Below, in pieces: positions 26,011 through 39,551 of a stretch of 64,000 nucleotides of DNA (positions are counted from its first letter, which is position 1; the number at the start of each line of letters is the position of its first letter). The position numbers and the translations under genes were made by a program. The stretch is from Azolla caroliniana (taxonomy: Eukaryota; Plantae; Polypodiophyta). Location: assembly GCA_043228905.1 (NCBI GenBank), contig JBHGNT010000002.1, forward strand, positions 13,144,001-13,208,000. The letters are read 5' to 3'. The notes beneath the pieces are model-generated. The model was not told the DNA's origin and did not search any database. It saw only the letters and a list, made by a program, of their open reading frames with translations.

Positions 26011-29000
26011 ATGCAATAGAGGTGGCCAACAAGAGCCAAACCATAAGCATAATAGGAATGCCCACATTGGTTATGGACCCTCCACGAGCAGGGGGAGTCA
26101 AGGAGGTGCCGGAAACCGGCAAGGAAAGGCCGCGACAGACTGTTGGTACTGTGGCTGGAAGGGCCACAAAGAAAGTGTGTGTTGGAAGAAGTGTGCCGAT
26201 CTGGACAGATACGGATCGAGCTGTGGAGATGCAGATAGGTGTCACAAATCACACGTCGCCAGAGGTTCAGGTCCAGCCGGAATGGGCCTAGCTCTTGTGA
26301 TGAAGCACAAGGTGAATCAGATAGGAGCCCGCACTTTTAAGCCGGAAGAGGTGTAGTATGTGGATTCTGGAGCATCATACCACATGATGAGACATACGGA
26401 ATGGTTCTCCTCCCTTGAGAAGTTAGAGCAGCCTGGAGTTGTCAAAACAAGCAACAACACCTCATACCCCATCAAACATGTAGGTGATGTACCACTCAGC
26501 CATGCTAGACATAAGGGGGTGATGCGGAACGTACTACATGTTCCGAAGATTGCGAAAAAATTAGTATCTATCGGACAAATCATTGATCAAGGCATGCATG
26601 TATGGTTTAATCACCTCGATTGCTAGGGACGAGGTGAATGAGAAAGATGAAATCGGAACTCAAGTGGAGACTTCGATCTCATTTCAGTTGGGTGGGCCGA
26701 ATGAGGGATTGAATTAGAACAACGAATCTGATGATGAGTCGGCGAGTAGTGGAGACTCGGTCCTGCAGTTCTCGCACCAGAAGTTGAGGAGATGGCTTAT
26801 GCGCAAGGAGAAGGGGAAGATGAAGATGTCGAAGTACGACATAGAGCCTTGCTCATCAGACCGGAGTGAATCCGACACAACCAGGAGTGAAGATGGACCT
26901 TTGGAGATGAGGTCATAGTTGGCCAAGAGGGCCTTAAATTGGATGAATCAAAGGTTGCACCGACCCACTCACTAGAAGAACCCCGTAATCCGATACGGGT
27001 ACAATGAATATATGGCGCATCACAATGCGTATATGGCAAAGGTGGCAAAAGTGCGTGAGCCGGGGAACTACGCAGAGGCGAAGAACAACACAAAATGGTG
27101 TGCCGCTATGGAGGAAGAGATGCATGCACTAGCAGAAAACGAAACATGTGACTTGGTTGATGCCCCCAATGGTGTGAAACCGATTGGGTGCAAGTGGGTG
27201 TACAAAGTCAAGTACAACGCTGACGACTCTGTCAACCGGTGCAAGGTCTGACTAGTGGCCAAAGGTTATGCACAATAGCACGACATTGACCACGACGAAA
27301 CATTTGCTTCGGTTGCCAAAATAACAACCGTCCGAGTGCTACTAGCGGTAGCAGTGGCGAAGGGATGACACTTGCACCAAATGGACGTTCAGAATTTGTT
27401 CTTATAAGGGGAGCTTGAGGAACAAGTATACATGGTGCAACCTCCTAGATTTCACTCCAGATTGAATACGTTGGCTATTTACCGACTGAAGAAGTCCCTC
27501 TACAGACTAAAGCAAGCCACTAGAGCCTAGAACACAAAGATTGTGTCGGATGGGCTTTGCTACGTCGAAATCGGATTCTTCATTCTTCATCCGGCAGGGT
27601 CGGCATGGGCCGGTAAGTATTCTACTTTGTGTTGTTGATGACTTGGTCATCACCGGCGCCAACATGGACGAAATCGATCGCGTGAAGTCTATGCTAGCGG
27701 CATCGTTTGAGATGAAGGATCTAGGGAATCTTCCCTACTTCCTCGAGATCGATGTGATCCGCAACCCCGAAGGCATACTAATCTATCAAAGGCACTATGT
27801 GTTTAGTATGTTCTTCGAGTTCAGAATGATGGATTGCAAATCCATCTCAACTCCTCTAGATCAAAATGTGAAGCTTCGCCCTGAATTAGGAATGGTGTGT
27901 GATCCGACACGGTTCTGACAAATTGTCGGAAGCCTTATATATTTGACCATCCCCCGACCGGACCTCATCTATCCGGTCGGTCTGATCAATCAATTTATGT
28001 CACAGCTGATAACCAACCACCTTCAGTGCGCACGTCGAATCTTGTGATATGTGAACAACACGAAGGACAAGGTGTTACTATATCGGGCAAGTGTAGTCAA
28101 ACAACTAGTCGGCTACACAAATACCGATTGGGCCAGACATGCCGGTGATTGCAGATCCACATCCAGATTTATGTTTTCATTGGGAAGCCTGTGATCACTT
28201 GGAGAAGTAAGATGTGGCCAATAGTTGCACTATTGAGCACCAAGGTCGATTACCGAGGAGCAGTTGTCGCGAGTTGCGAAGCCATATGGCTCGAGAGGCT
28301 CTTGAAAGATCTGCATGTGGAGGTGTCTGAGTCGACATTCATATACTGTGACAACCTCAACCACATTCAACTTGTGGAGAATCCCATTTTCCATGCCTAG
28401 ACCACCGGACCAAGCACATGGAGGTGCACTATCATTTTGGGACGACAGAAGAAGCTAAGGACGGATGCAATGGGAGTGGCCAAAACAACAAGCCTGAGTT
28501 GGAACCAACCAAACAAGGGGGAGTCAGAGCTGAGAAAGCCAAGGCAGGCGGCAGAGCCAAGAAGGGAAGAACCGACTTGAAGATGAAGGCCAAGACTAGA
28601 ATGTGGTCAGATATGATCAAGGGCCTGGAAGAAGACGAATTGAAGAGAGCCAGTTTTGTTGAGAATAGTGATTCGAAATGATGAATCACGTGAAGGCCAA
28701 ATTGACAAGAGGGCATTCGAAGATAATGCAAAGGGGGGAGAGCCGACGGATCAAGGGGTGCCAAAGTCGTAGAGGCAAGAGGAAGGCCACTGAAGGCCAT
28801 AACAATAGACAAACCGATCGCGCAGTTCAAGGAGCGTCAGACTAGACGGGTCGAGGAGCACGAGCAAGAAGGGTGAAGCTAAGAGATGTTGGGGCGGTGG
28901 ACTAGCTGGAACTAATGGAGAACCTCAAGTTGAGCTTGAGGGGGAGTGTTGAGCGAGTAAGCTCAACTTGGGTCGGATCGACTGAAAAAGTTGAAAACCA

Positions 29001-32000
29001 TATTGGATGGAAACTGATCGGTTAGGCCTGGATCGGTTGAGGAAGCCAGGAGCCAAACCGGATGAAGACCGATCGGCTAGGTCAGATCGGCAGGCGCCGG
29101 CAAGCCATTAGGACCTATATTCCTCGTAGGAATATTTTAGGCATTAGTGTCAATAGCTCATTTATGAGCATTGAAGTACTTGTTAGTACTTGTGGTAGTC
29201 CTTTTGCGGACTTGTATAAATAGTGTGCTCACTGAGCACATTGCATGTGCAAAGTATTATTATTTTGAATACAGGTTGTGTTGTATACTCATCTCTATCA
29301 CTATGTCAATCTCATCTCATCTCTGCGTATACCTAATTATCGTGTTTCCAAATGATCGAGTGTGTCTTCTGTGCTAAACATAACGCTTCCGCACGTATTC
29401 TTTAACAACGACCTTCAAATTGCCTAAGCTTGAAGAGACGGTGGGACCCTTGTCGCGACCGACGTATCCCTTACATACAGAGGTGCATGTGGTGCAACAA
29501 CAACAACCACATATAGAAGGATTGTGCGGACTTTGCCGAGGCTCTGAAGCACAATGTGGTGTACTTGTAGGAAATTCGGGTGCACACTAGTGAGACGCGG
29601 AGGCCCCTAGAGATGAACATTAGATGCAACGGAATGAAAAGGTTAATGGAGCAGGTAGTGGCACGGCATGTTGAGGCCGTTCACTACTCGACGTTGGCTA
29701 GAATCCTTGTAGGATGGGAAAAGGGCACTAGTAAGGAGAAGGATGCCGGATTTTGGACAGTCGTTCTTGATAGCCTAGCCGGGAAGAAGGACAAAACAGA
29801 TCGAGTGGAGCAGCGAATCCGAGAGGTTACCAAGTGGGGCGACCCGGTGGAGGAGAAGACTAGCCTCGTCGAGGCTGTGTGCCAAAATTAGGAGGTTTTG
29901 GTCGATGAGACATGGGTTGGAAAGGGCGGAGGGACAAGCCCCTCAAGAAGATATGATACCTAGAACAAGGTGAAGAGAGATGAGGGCAATCCGGCCTAGG
30001 CGTACAACAAAAAGGGGAAGGAGAAAATGAAGCTCCTGAGCGTCCGGATGATCTCAGAGATAGAGCAATCGATAGACTTGTGGAAGGTCCTAGAGGAGAG
30101 AATCCTCAATAGTCGTGTGGAATTCACATTGAGTGAGAGAGAACACACAGTTATACAGAAAAACAGAAAATTGTATTAATAAGAAGAGAATAAGATAACC
30201 AACAGTAACAAAGAGGAGGAGAAGGTGCTTATATAGTCACTGTCTCTCTATGTTCTCTCACTATAACCACCACTTGCAAAAGAGGTGGAGACTTAACTAT
30301 CTACAAAATATGGGTCATAGAAAATTAAGCCCCACATACTCATCATAAGGTTAGGGAAAACTATGAAAAACCTATCTCATGATTAGATATTACTATGCAC
30401 ATAACAATTGGTCTCACGATTTTAGGTTGAGTTGAGGCCTGACGTCAAGGTTTCAAGTTGAGATTTGGTGTCAAGTATTGGACTTGAGATTTGTGTTGGG
30501 ATCAAGGATTTGGGTAAAGTCGAGGATTGCTCTCAATTGGAGGATTCAACTTGAGGGCTTCTTTGGAATCAAGTAATTGACTTGATGGCTTCTTTTTACT
30601 CGAGTGCTTGACTCAAGGGCTCATTTTTAGGTTCTCTTTATGCTTTTACCTTCATGCACTCTCTTTCATATGTCCCACTCTTCAACTCCATCACAATATG
30701 TCTTTCAAGTAGTTTAATAATACTTACATAATATAATGATGTTGACACTAATTTCTCTCCAAAAAAACCACATTCATGAATTACTAAGACCATAATTCTC
30801 GCAAATTACATTAGCTTAATGAATCAATTGAGGAGGTGATCACTAGGTTTACAATAATTAATCTCTTTTTATGTGGAGCATGAGAGCAAGTCTAAGATGA
30901 TGATGAAGTTATTTCCTAATACATCGATTGGGAGAAAAATCATCTACCTTAAGTGGAGTGTTTTGGCACTCCTATCTCATAAAAAAAGCTAACCCCTTTT
31001 TGAATGTCCTATTATTTGATGCACTCCTCTCCATTCCGTCTTTCCTTTTTTATTGGGATCAACAAAAACAACAATATTCCTTTTTATTTCTACCCCACTG
31101 AGAAACAAACCTCTACCCTTTTGTACAAAATGGAAAACCTTGACCACTAGGTCTATACCCTTTGAATCCTACAAAAGGTTACATCCTCGAGCATAAAATC
31201 TTTGTTTTATTAGTGACAAAGAGACCACAAGAATTCATTATGAGGTCTAGACACAACCCTCTTCCCCGTTGATGCCGTCCTTCAATAAGCATTGGGCGTT
31301 GGGCATTGAGCATTGTGCAAGACTAAGTAGAAAGACTTTGGTTAATGGAATAACTCCCAGAACACATAGGATGTATGTTGGAAAAGCACAAGCCATTTAC
31401 AATCGATGGGGAAATCCATACAAGAAGGGATAGGATGATGTCTTACGCATGTGCATGTTCGATGCTATGTGAAAACAATAATAGAGAAAGGTCACTTCAA
31501 ATGAGATGGAGGACATTTGAGCGCAAATTTTACATTCCAAAAAATATTGCAAAGTATGATTGTGGGAACCCATGCTCTTCATAGATACATACACACAAGT
31601 AAATAGATGCAACGAGTGTTAATGCCATAAACGCCTACTCCCACGTGACTTCAACTCTCTAGAATTAGTCGTGTATTGACAATAATTAAAAAATTGAGAA
31701 TTTTTTTATCTCAAGCATTAGACGTTTTGCAATTGACTATAGTATTTACTAAGTGGATCAAAGTTAAATCTCGCATAAAGGGTGCCCATAGGGCCATCAC
31801 AAAAATTCTATAAGAGAACACAAAAATATGCTTATTCTCTCCAACATGTGACCACCACACAATTTTGATACAAAAATGTGGCAATTTATTTTACTTGGTC
31901 ACATTTCCTAAGGCAATTGTAGAAAAGTGATTGTGCATTGCACTTATTCTCCAAAGCTTATCAGAAACGAAGGTCCACATTTCCTAAGTGAGGAACTCCC

Positions 32001-32083
32001 TAACCTTCTTGCCAAGTTGATGGCCATGCATCAGTACATCACCTCGTGTTACTGGAAGTGTAATGACTAAGAGAAGAGCTAGT

Positions 32084-32605
32084 GATCGCAGGCTTCACCT
32101 TGTGGTATGTATGGAAAGCGCGTTGCCTAAAGGTCTTTCAAGATTTGGTGCGGCCCTTGAAGGAAGTGATCATGGACATATGGTTTGCGATTATCAACTG
32201 CCTACGAGGGCAATTGGATGAGGTTTGCAGCCATTCCAATGATGTGGTTACTGCCCGTTTGCGCTTTTAGCAGAAATGACGGAACACGCCTATGGTGACA
32301 CAAGGAGGAAGTGGCCCGAGGTGGAACTACTAGCCCCCACGCTGGCTGTTTCTGACTCAATTACCATCCTCCCTTCGTTGTCGACCCCAGGAGTTGTCTC
32401 GTACTAGCCATCACTAAAGGGCACCGTTTTTACCTATAGGTACTTACATTAACTAGTCAGTCTAAAAGGCGATGTAACTAGTCTCATTTTCTTGAACTTG
32501 ATCGGAGGGAGATTCCCCGATCTATGTAGAAGCCTCCTTGTACGGTCTCTTTGTAATAATCCTTCCTAACTAATGGGAAAGTAGCTTCATTTTGGAAAAA
32601 AGAAG
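32084..32605 (+). mobile_element. 5'-truncated L1-type LINE (ORF2 C-terminus, 3' UTR, A-rich tail)
   Basis: TLWYVWKARC..VF motif; A-rich tail about 32596-32605; 15-bp TSD AAGAGAAGAGCTAGT at 32069-32083 and 32606-32620. Confidence 0.85.
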
Positions 32606-33967
32606 AAGAGAAGAGCTAGTATTTAGTTCTTTGAAATGTACTAATTAACATTGTCTTCGAATCAAGTTTTGACTAGGATAAAAAACTAGATGTAGGTCTC
32701 TAGTCATTTTGGACATCATATAAAGTTACAAAATGATACACACCCTTCCACCTAGTCTTTGGTTAAGGAAACATAACACAATAGAGTTTTTATTACCTAA
32801 CCTAAGGTTTGGGATACAAGAAAGGTGGCAGAAAAATCCCCTGAGTGGTAATCTTAGATGTTAATAAGGTCAATGACAAAGACTTGGGAGAAGGTTGTAC
32901 AAACCTATGTATTGTTCTCATAAGGAAAAAACACAAAAAGAAGTTAGAATTTCGAGAGCACAGCACATAATCATGATTCATAACCCAACTAAAATAAACA
33001 CAAGTTTAAAAACTTGATGAGGTTTTCATAGGCTTGGTAAATAGGATCAATTTGAAAGGATGTTCTAGATAACTCAAGCATGAAACTTGCCTTTCCTTTC
33101 TGTAAAATATTCAAAATGCAGGAAAAAAAACTTATGAGGGTTTAGGGTTTGCTGGCTGCATCCTAGATTCATAGGTAGCCTACTAGCCACCCACAAGAGG
33201 AGGAGCATCTCGTTGCTAATAACATTCATATATATATGAACATAATATGATATATATATATATATAAGTACCGTGCGATCCATAACAGATCGCTCCTATG
33301 TATAGGCCTAGGGTTTGGGCCATCTTTTTTCTTTATTGTTTTGAGATAGATACTCTAATAGTATGGGAAAGTTATAGCTTCATACACGTGTGCCTCCTTC
33401 ATCTTAATACCCAAGGTAAGTACGTATGCATGTACATATGTAGTTGGTGCATGTATTTTTTCTACTAGCTCTTTGGGTCGTTCATATACATATGTATATA
33501 TATATACATACATACATGATACATACATGAATGAACGTACATCTTGTTGTGTTGTGGGTCCGTGGATGAAAAAGAGAACGGAATCTTTTACCTCTCTCTC
33601 TCTCTCTCTCCACACACACACACACATTTCTAGAAATCAAGCCGGTGCTTTATAGATGGCTTCCACATAATTAATTAAATAAATATGAGCGTTTGTCGTA
33701 AGTGGTAAGAAAGTGAATGCATGATGTTATGATATATATATATATATGTATGTACATCTGAATTGGGAATGGATGGTATATGTACATACATAACCAAAAA
33801 CCATGGTGGTTTTGGGACAATGGCATATGTACATACATAACCAAAACCATGGTTTTTGTTTTTGGGCTGTTGTCCTTTACAGGCCGGCCCTTCTTGCTGC
33901 TTATCCTCTCCCAATGCAATTATTTGTTTGTGCTTGGTTAAGAACTGATTGAAACCCCCAACCTCTT

Positions 33968-33970
<3 letters not shown>

Positions 33971-34006
<36 letters not shown>
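33971..34006 (+). repeat. (CT)n tract upstream of the host gene (likely 5' UTR or promoter)
   Basis: Direct; about 215 bp before the ATG. Confidence 0.8.
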
Positions 34007-34010
<4 letters not shown>

Positions 34011-34219
34011 CTACCCTCGTTGATGCCTTCTAAATAACTAGAAACAATACCAGGACAATCATTCATCGCTAATAACAGGGGTAATAAGGATTCGTCAAAT
34101 TCTGGGGTACCTCTCTCCTCTGTGTTTGTCCGATTGGTCAAACAAAGCTTTGGGGCTTATTAAAGCTGAATTTGGGGGACTCATTGCCAGAAATCTGAGG
34201 AGCTCGTAAGATTTGCAGC

Positions 34220-35512
34220 ATGGAAAGTAGCAAAGATGAAGCAGAGACGATTGATGTGTCGGAACTCATGCTGGGGCTTGATGATAATGATAATGATAAT
34301 GATGATGCAGATGAGGGAAATGATCCGGGATCAATCATCCATTTGCCATTACCGTCAACATTGACAACTGAGTCATTAGCTTCTTTGAAAGCCTTGAAAG
34401 TCTCCCATCGGCGGCCAAGGAGGTCCATGGTTTATAATCCCGAGGAATCTGTTAGGCAATATCGTCCAGCAGCTCAGACAGTGATACAGGAGGAATGTGG
34501 ATCCATGGAGGGATCATGTAGCTCAGTGTTATTCGGTGATGAAGCAAGTATATTTCTTTCGGAAAATTCAGTGGCTTATGATGAGGATGAGATTTCGGCA
34601 CGATCCGTTTCCCTCAGATTATTTGGTTTCAAGGCTGGAAGTATGGCTAAAAACCATCATGGGAAGAGAGAGGACTTACTTGGTACCAGGTTGTCAGGTG
34701 AAGGTGAGACGCCCACCTCTCCTCCATCCACACCATATTCTTCTACTTCTACTTCGGCTTCAGGTGGCCTTCTTAAGCAATGGTTCCAGCGCTCTTCAAG
34801 GGAGAAAAAACATTCAAGCCCCGTTAGTTTCAAGTCCTTGTTCAGGGAGAGCCGGCCGACGAAATCTTCAGATCAATACGAAAACCACGGAGCGATTACT
34901 TTGGATTTCAAATCTTTGGAGGCCAATGCGAATAGCCGCCGAGCTTGGCATTCGTTTTCGAATGTGAATCGAAACCAACAGCTCATTCGAGACAACGTTT
35001 TGCATCATCCCAGCACTACAACCAAAGGTAGCAGCTGGGAGGTAGAGAAGCTCCCAGCACTCTACTCCACAAATGACCGTGCTGAGGCCGACGCGTACGA
35101 GGACTGTAATGCAGCTAGGGCCATCTTAATCTCGCTTGTTGGTACATCCTTTGATGAAAAGAGTATCTCCCTACATCCATACCATGAGATAGAGTTAAAG
35201 AATGCACTTAATATACCAATGGCTGAAGAAGTCCTAGTAGTACCCACACTCTATGTGCGAGGTGAATATGTGGTGGGTATTGATAACATCATGCAACTTT
35301 ACAAGAAGGGAGAATTGGGTTCTCTTCTACTTGAGGCTCTTCCTCATGGTTTGAAGCGTGATTCGCTCTGCACTTGCCGGGGCGGGAGGTTCTTAGTTTG
35401 CCCTCTTTGTAAAGGGAAAGGAAAACTCAGTCGGAAGGGGCAAGAGCCAATGCGCTGTCGCCATTGTAGTGCTACCGGACTTCTCAAGTGTCCTAATTGC
35501 CTGTACTCATAG
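34220..35512 (+). CDS. Glutaredoxin-like domain, Cys-rich protein (GRXCR / At5g39865-like plant family), 430 aa, single exon
   Basis: N-terminal ETIDVSELMLGLD motif, low-complexity linker, GRX-like VPTLYVRGEYVVGIDNIMQLYKKGEL, C-terminal CTC-GGRFLVCPLC-RCRHC-GLLKCPNC. Flanked by (CT)n and (TACA)n tracts. Confidence 0.88.
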   Translation: MESSKDEAETIDVSELMLGLDDNDNDNDDADEGNDPGSIIHLPLPSTLTTESLASLKALKVSHRRPRRSMVYNPEESVRQYRPAAQTVIQEECGSMEGSCSSVLFGDEASIFLSENSVAYDEDEISARSVSLRLFGFKAGSMAKNHHGKREDLLGTRLSGEGETPTSPPSTPYSSTSTSASGGLLKQWFQRSSREKKHSSPVSFKSLFRESRPTKSSDQYENHGAITLDFKSLEANANSRRAWHSFSNVNRNQQLIRDNVLHHPSTTTKGSSWEVEKLPALYSTNDRAEADAYEDCNAARAILISLVGTSFDEKSISLHPYHEIELKNALNIPMAEEVLVVPTLYVRGEYVVGIDNIMQLYKKGELGSLLLEALPHGLKRDSLCTCRGGRFLVCPLCKGKGKLSRKGQEPMRCRHCSATGLLKCPNCLYS

Positions 35513-35533
35513 ACAGGACATCTACTTTGCTAC

Positions 35534-35576
35534 ACATACATACATACATACATACATACATACATACATACATACA
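35534..35576 (+). repeat. (TACA)n microsatellite in the 3' UTR region
   Basis: Direct. Confidence 0.85.
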
Positions 35577-37249
35577 CTTGGTTGGACTTTGTGTCTTGCC
35601 ATCAGGCCAACTTGGGTTACACTATAAGCCAATTATTTGCTTATATATTCGAAAATCTGTGAGCAACGCTGCATCATCATCCTCTGGTGGTGTTCGATGC
35701 AGATACAACCCTGGACCTCCATGTCAACAATGTTTTTTGTATCCTTCCTCATGATTTGTAGGACGAAGACAATAATTACACTTAAAACTAAATTGATGGT
35801 ATTTTTTGTTTTCTCTTATGATTTTCTGGTTATAGGATTTCCGGGATTACATATCAGAGGCTAACGCTCAATTTGCTTAGAATTGGTACTAAGATTGATA
35901 CACAATTTGAAGTACATTGTTCTTACCCTTATTATAAAGAGCCAACTCTAAGTTTGACAGCATTGATCCAGCAAACAATGTGATGAACAAGAAGGTATTT
36001 TGTACATAATTGGATGGGTGCAAGCATAGCTTGCAGATCCAGAATGTTTGAGTGGGTGCGGTGCGTGTATGTATCTATGTCTGGCATGGTTGCGTGCAAT
36101 TGTTCTGACTATGCGCATTAAAGTACCAGCACAACAACTGACGTGGCCATTTAATGATACATATGTGGAAGGCGCCTAGGCGTCTATGGTTGAAAAATAC
36201 ATGTTGATACTTCAAGCACAACCACCAATCCTAGGTTTTGTAAAGCCAACAATTTAGCTACATATCCATCTCACATTGTTGTTTGTTAATTATAGTGGCT
36301 ACCCGAAAACCCTTCATAATCAAAATTGCCTTAGATGGAAGATCCATACATCATCATGTCAACAACATGATACTCCTAGATTTCATAGTAGCGATTTCTT
36401 TTTTCATTCTAGCAGCATGTGCAAGAAAAGAGATGTGTTGTGCGGGTCTTTTATGATAGTGTTGCTGGTTTTTCATATCATGTTAACACATTAGAACCCT
36501 ATATTTCTACTTATAGTGTCTTTCTCATGTACTCCGTCACTTATTTTACGAGAAAGCTTGGGCATTCTATGATGTGATTTCTTTCTTTTCATCAAAAGCT
36601 ATGAAATATTTTTAGGTTATTTGAACATTACCTAAGCATTGGGAAATCATTGATGGTTTGTCGAAACCCTGCCATATTTATGCAATGCCAGGTAGGGAGA
36701 AGATGAAAGAGATTCCTGTGGTTTTGGCAGAGAGGAGGGAGAAATTATCATAAATCTTGGAGGGGAGGAGGTTTTACTAAATAGATGAAGGAGCAAGCAT
36801 CACAAATTCTAATGAACGCTTGTTTCGGTATAGCATCCGTCACAAAAGAATTAAGAGAATTGAGTAAGGAGAATCCTCAATGAGCTTGGCACAATCATGA
36901 CCCAAGAATTCGTTTTGATTAATCAGTGAGGTTAGGATCCATATGTTCAAAGACAGAGATGGAGATAGATGCGGAGGTGGAAGCGCCATCTGATCAATCG
37001 TCCAACAGTATGTTAAGAGTCATTTCCTGCATAGGGGGTAATGAATGGCCAAGGTTCAGATATTCTACTGGCATTAGCAACTTCTTGTAGGACAACTAGG
37101 AGCATAATAGTAATACAAGGCTTTGTGTTTAAAGCAAGGATCTGGAAATGAAGTAAAGGGGAAACATGTATGGATCATGTATGTATGTATGTATTAGAGA
37201 GAGGGAACGGAATTTTTTACACAATCATCCTAGGCATCCCAGAATTGAT

Positions 37250-38560
37250 TCTGTCTAATACATTCATAGATATGAAAGGTATAATACCACAACCTACAAC
37301 CATCCCAGAATTGATAGAATGAAAAAATGAAGATGTAGATGCATCCAAGGAATTGCTTATTCCTCTAACTTATGAACAAATAGATTTAGTAAAAGAACTA
37401 GAAACATCAAAAGAAATATGGGATGCATTGAAGGAATGCCACAAACCATTAGACAGAACAACAAAGATCAACACCTTGAGACACCTTGTCACATTGGAAA
37501 TGGAAGAAAGTGAAGGAATTGACACTTTCATCAGAAAACGTGTTGAGAGACAAGCTCAACATGAGCCGGATCGGCTAAAGGCTGGTAGGCCGAATTGGCT
37601 AAAGAAGCCGACAGCCGAGTCAATTGAGGAAGATCGGTTAAAAAAGCCGACAAGCCATTAGAGGCCTATATTCCTATTTTAGTAAATAGGAATACTATAG
37701 GCAATTAGTGTCGATGGCTCATTCATGAGGATTGAAGTACTTATAGTACTTTTGAGGACTTGTATAAAAGGTGCTCAATGAGCACATCATCACGTACAAA
37801 GTGCTATTATTTCGAATATAATTGTGTTGTCAGCTCATCTCTCTCTCTTTCTCTACATTCTGTTGGGTAAACTGGTTCCTCCAGATGGGAAGAGCATAAG
37901 TAGGATCCGCTAAGGGACTGGCCATCAATCGGCCCGTCCGGATCAAGTTCCAAATACATTAATAACCCATACTCGTGTATTACTATATATACACCTAGGG
38001 CTAACATATTGTATATATGAGATCATTAGAGTGGTAATCACCGTGTGTGCTAAGAGAGACTTGAGTAATTGTCGGTAAGACAAAGAGGAGATCGAGCTTG
38101 TTGCCTAGAGTTTCTTGTATATCTCTTTACATAGTCATTCTGTTTGGAGTGTGTGGGCTCTCATGGTTTTTCCCATTTAGGGTTTCCACGTTAATATCTC
38201 GTGTCTCTATGTTTATGCATTTTCTATCTTTCAAATGTTTTGGTTATTGTTTTTTTTATTTTCGCTTGTGAATCGGTTGTTGCCGTCCCATATTCTATCA
38301 AACTAGTATTCGAGCAGAGGTTCATAATCTCAAAGTTATAGAAATATGAATGAATCTTCGGAGGGATGTTCAAGCTATCTAGCTCCAACTACTCAGTTTG
38401 GAAGTCGAACATGAGAGATGAGAGACATGCTCATATGCAAAGACCTATGGTTGTCGGTGCAATATGGCAAAGAAAAACCTGACAAGATCAATGCATCGAC
38501 TTGGGAAGTCATGCATCTGAAGACAACTACATATATAAGGTGTTTTATAGATGCGAGTCT
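37250..38560 (+). mobile_element. Cluster of copia remnants: gag fragment, family-B LTR piece (from 37541), another LTR (37861-38300) with degenerate PBS and gag start
   Basis: ETSKEIWDALK gag motif; TGTTGAGAGACAAGCTCAAC like the family-B LTR; TTTTCCCATTTAGGGTTTCCACGT as in copia-C/E LTRs; SSNYSVWKSNMRD. Confidence 0.65.
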
Positions 38561-39095
38561 ATAAACACGTTCGTGTTCACAAGTGGAAGGATAAGGAATA
38601 TTCTGTTTGATTTTGGGGCTTTTTTTGCCATTTCACAAAACACCTTGATAATGTCACATTTCTCAAAAACTTGAAATTTTCACAATTTGGTAAAATTGAA
38701 AAATGCCAAAAATTGGTCAAATACGAAAAGTAACTTGTGACCACTAATAAGTTTTTAGATCTTAAAGATTTCAGAAGCAAAAAATTCAAAACAATCAACT
38801 TTTTTATATCATTCGATAAAATGTTATCATTGCACAAAAAATACATTCAGTTATTTGCATCACTATGATCACTCCTTTCATGAGAATCACTACTATAGCT
38901 AATATACGATTGTGACTCTTCCGACTCATTTTCAAATGTACCAATCAAATCATTGTATTCACCAAATGGTGTCTCCAAATTGTGGTACTAAATCTTGTTC
39001 GCCTTCAATCTGAGACATCTTCTAGACTTGGTAATATCTCTTTTATTATATCTATCATTGTCTTCCTTAAACGTCCAAATTTTGTCAATGTAAAC

Positions 39096-39551
39096 TGTTA
39101 CCCATTCCTTTGGGTGAACACCTTCGATAGATCTGCGACTATCGGTCTTCAAGGGCGTGGTACATGAAGGCTCGTATAGAGGCGTCGAGAGAGATACAGG
39201 GTTCAGAGAGAAAACACTAGCGAGGTTTTGATAGACGTGGCGGCGTGAAACTCATAGGTATAGATTGAAACACAGAATCATGCAACCAAAATAGGCACAA
39301 ATAAGATGTATTACTATGGCCGAAAGGATTACAGAACACGGCCTATGGCCGGTGACCTTACAAGTTTATCTAATTCGAATGACTAAGCTAGTGCTTCCGC
39401 CTATAATTTTTCTTCTCTCTCTTTTCTGAGGTATTGTTCCTCGTTTAAATAACTTTTCCCCTTACACACAGCCGAGCCCTTGGTGGCCCGTGATACTCGG
39501 ACTCGCCGTCTGCTAATTTCCTAATTTTACATTTCTATCCTCTGCACAACA
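39096..39551 (-). repeat. Putative 3' LTR (TGTTG...TAACA on minus)
   Basis: Shares AACACCTTCGAT, the TATA-region CCTCGTTT.A.A.CTT and a terminal hairpin with the LTR at 11570-12090, in the same orientation. Partner LTR not in the window. Confidence 0.65.

Larger units (their letters stand above)
22567..29407 (+). mobile_element. Old degraded Ty1/copia element (family B, copy 2)
   Basis: Diverged LTRs 22567-23048 and 28947-29407; degenerate PBS TGGTACCAAAGC; PPT GAGGGGGAG; gag, PR (DSGASYHM), RT and RH fragments with stops; integrase largely deleted. Confidence 0.8.
22200..30130 (+). mobile_element. Old tRNA-Trp-primed gypsy remnant (LTR end, PBS, gag), split by copia-B2
   Basis: 22205-22267 resembles the LTR end at 45570-45636; PBS-like GTGAACCCGATGTGAA about 22276-22291; gag-like frame ...ELTKIVRD resumes after 29407 (LQIA...RCMWC...H..KDC...HTSETRRPLE). 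Confidence 0.6.

Noticed and set aside
30135-30800. Possible minus-strand LTR/gag remnant
   Set aside because: Too degraded to define boundaries or family.
38570-39095. AT-rich segment that might be a DNA transposon end
   Set aside because: No TIR pair, TSD or transposase motif identifiable.
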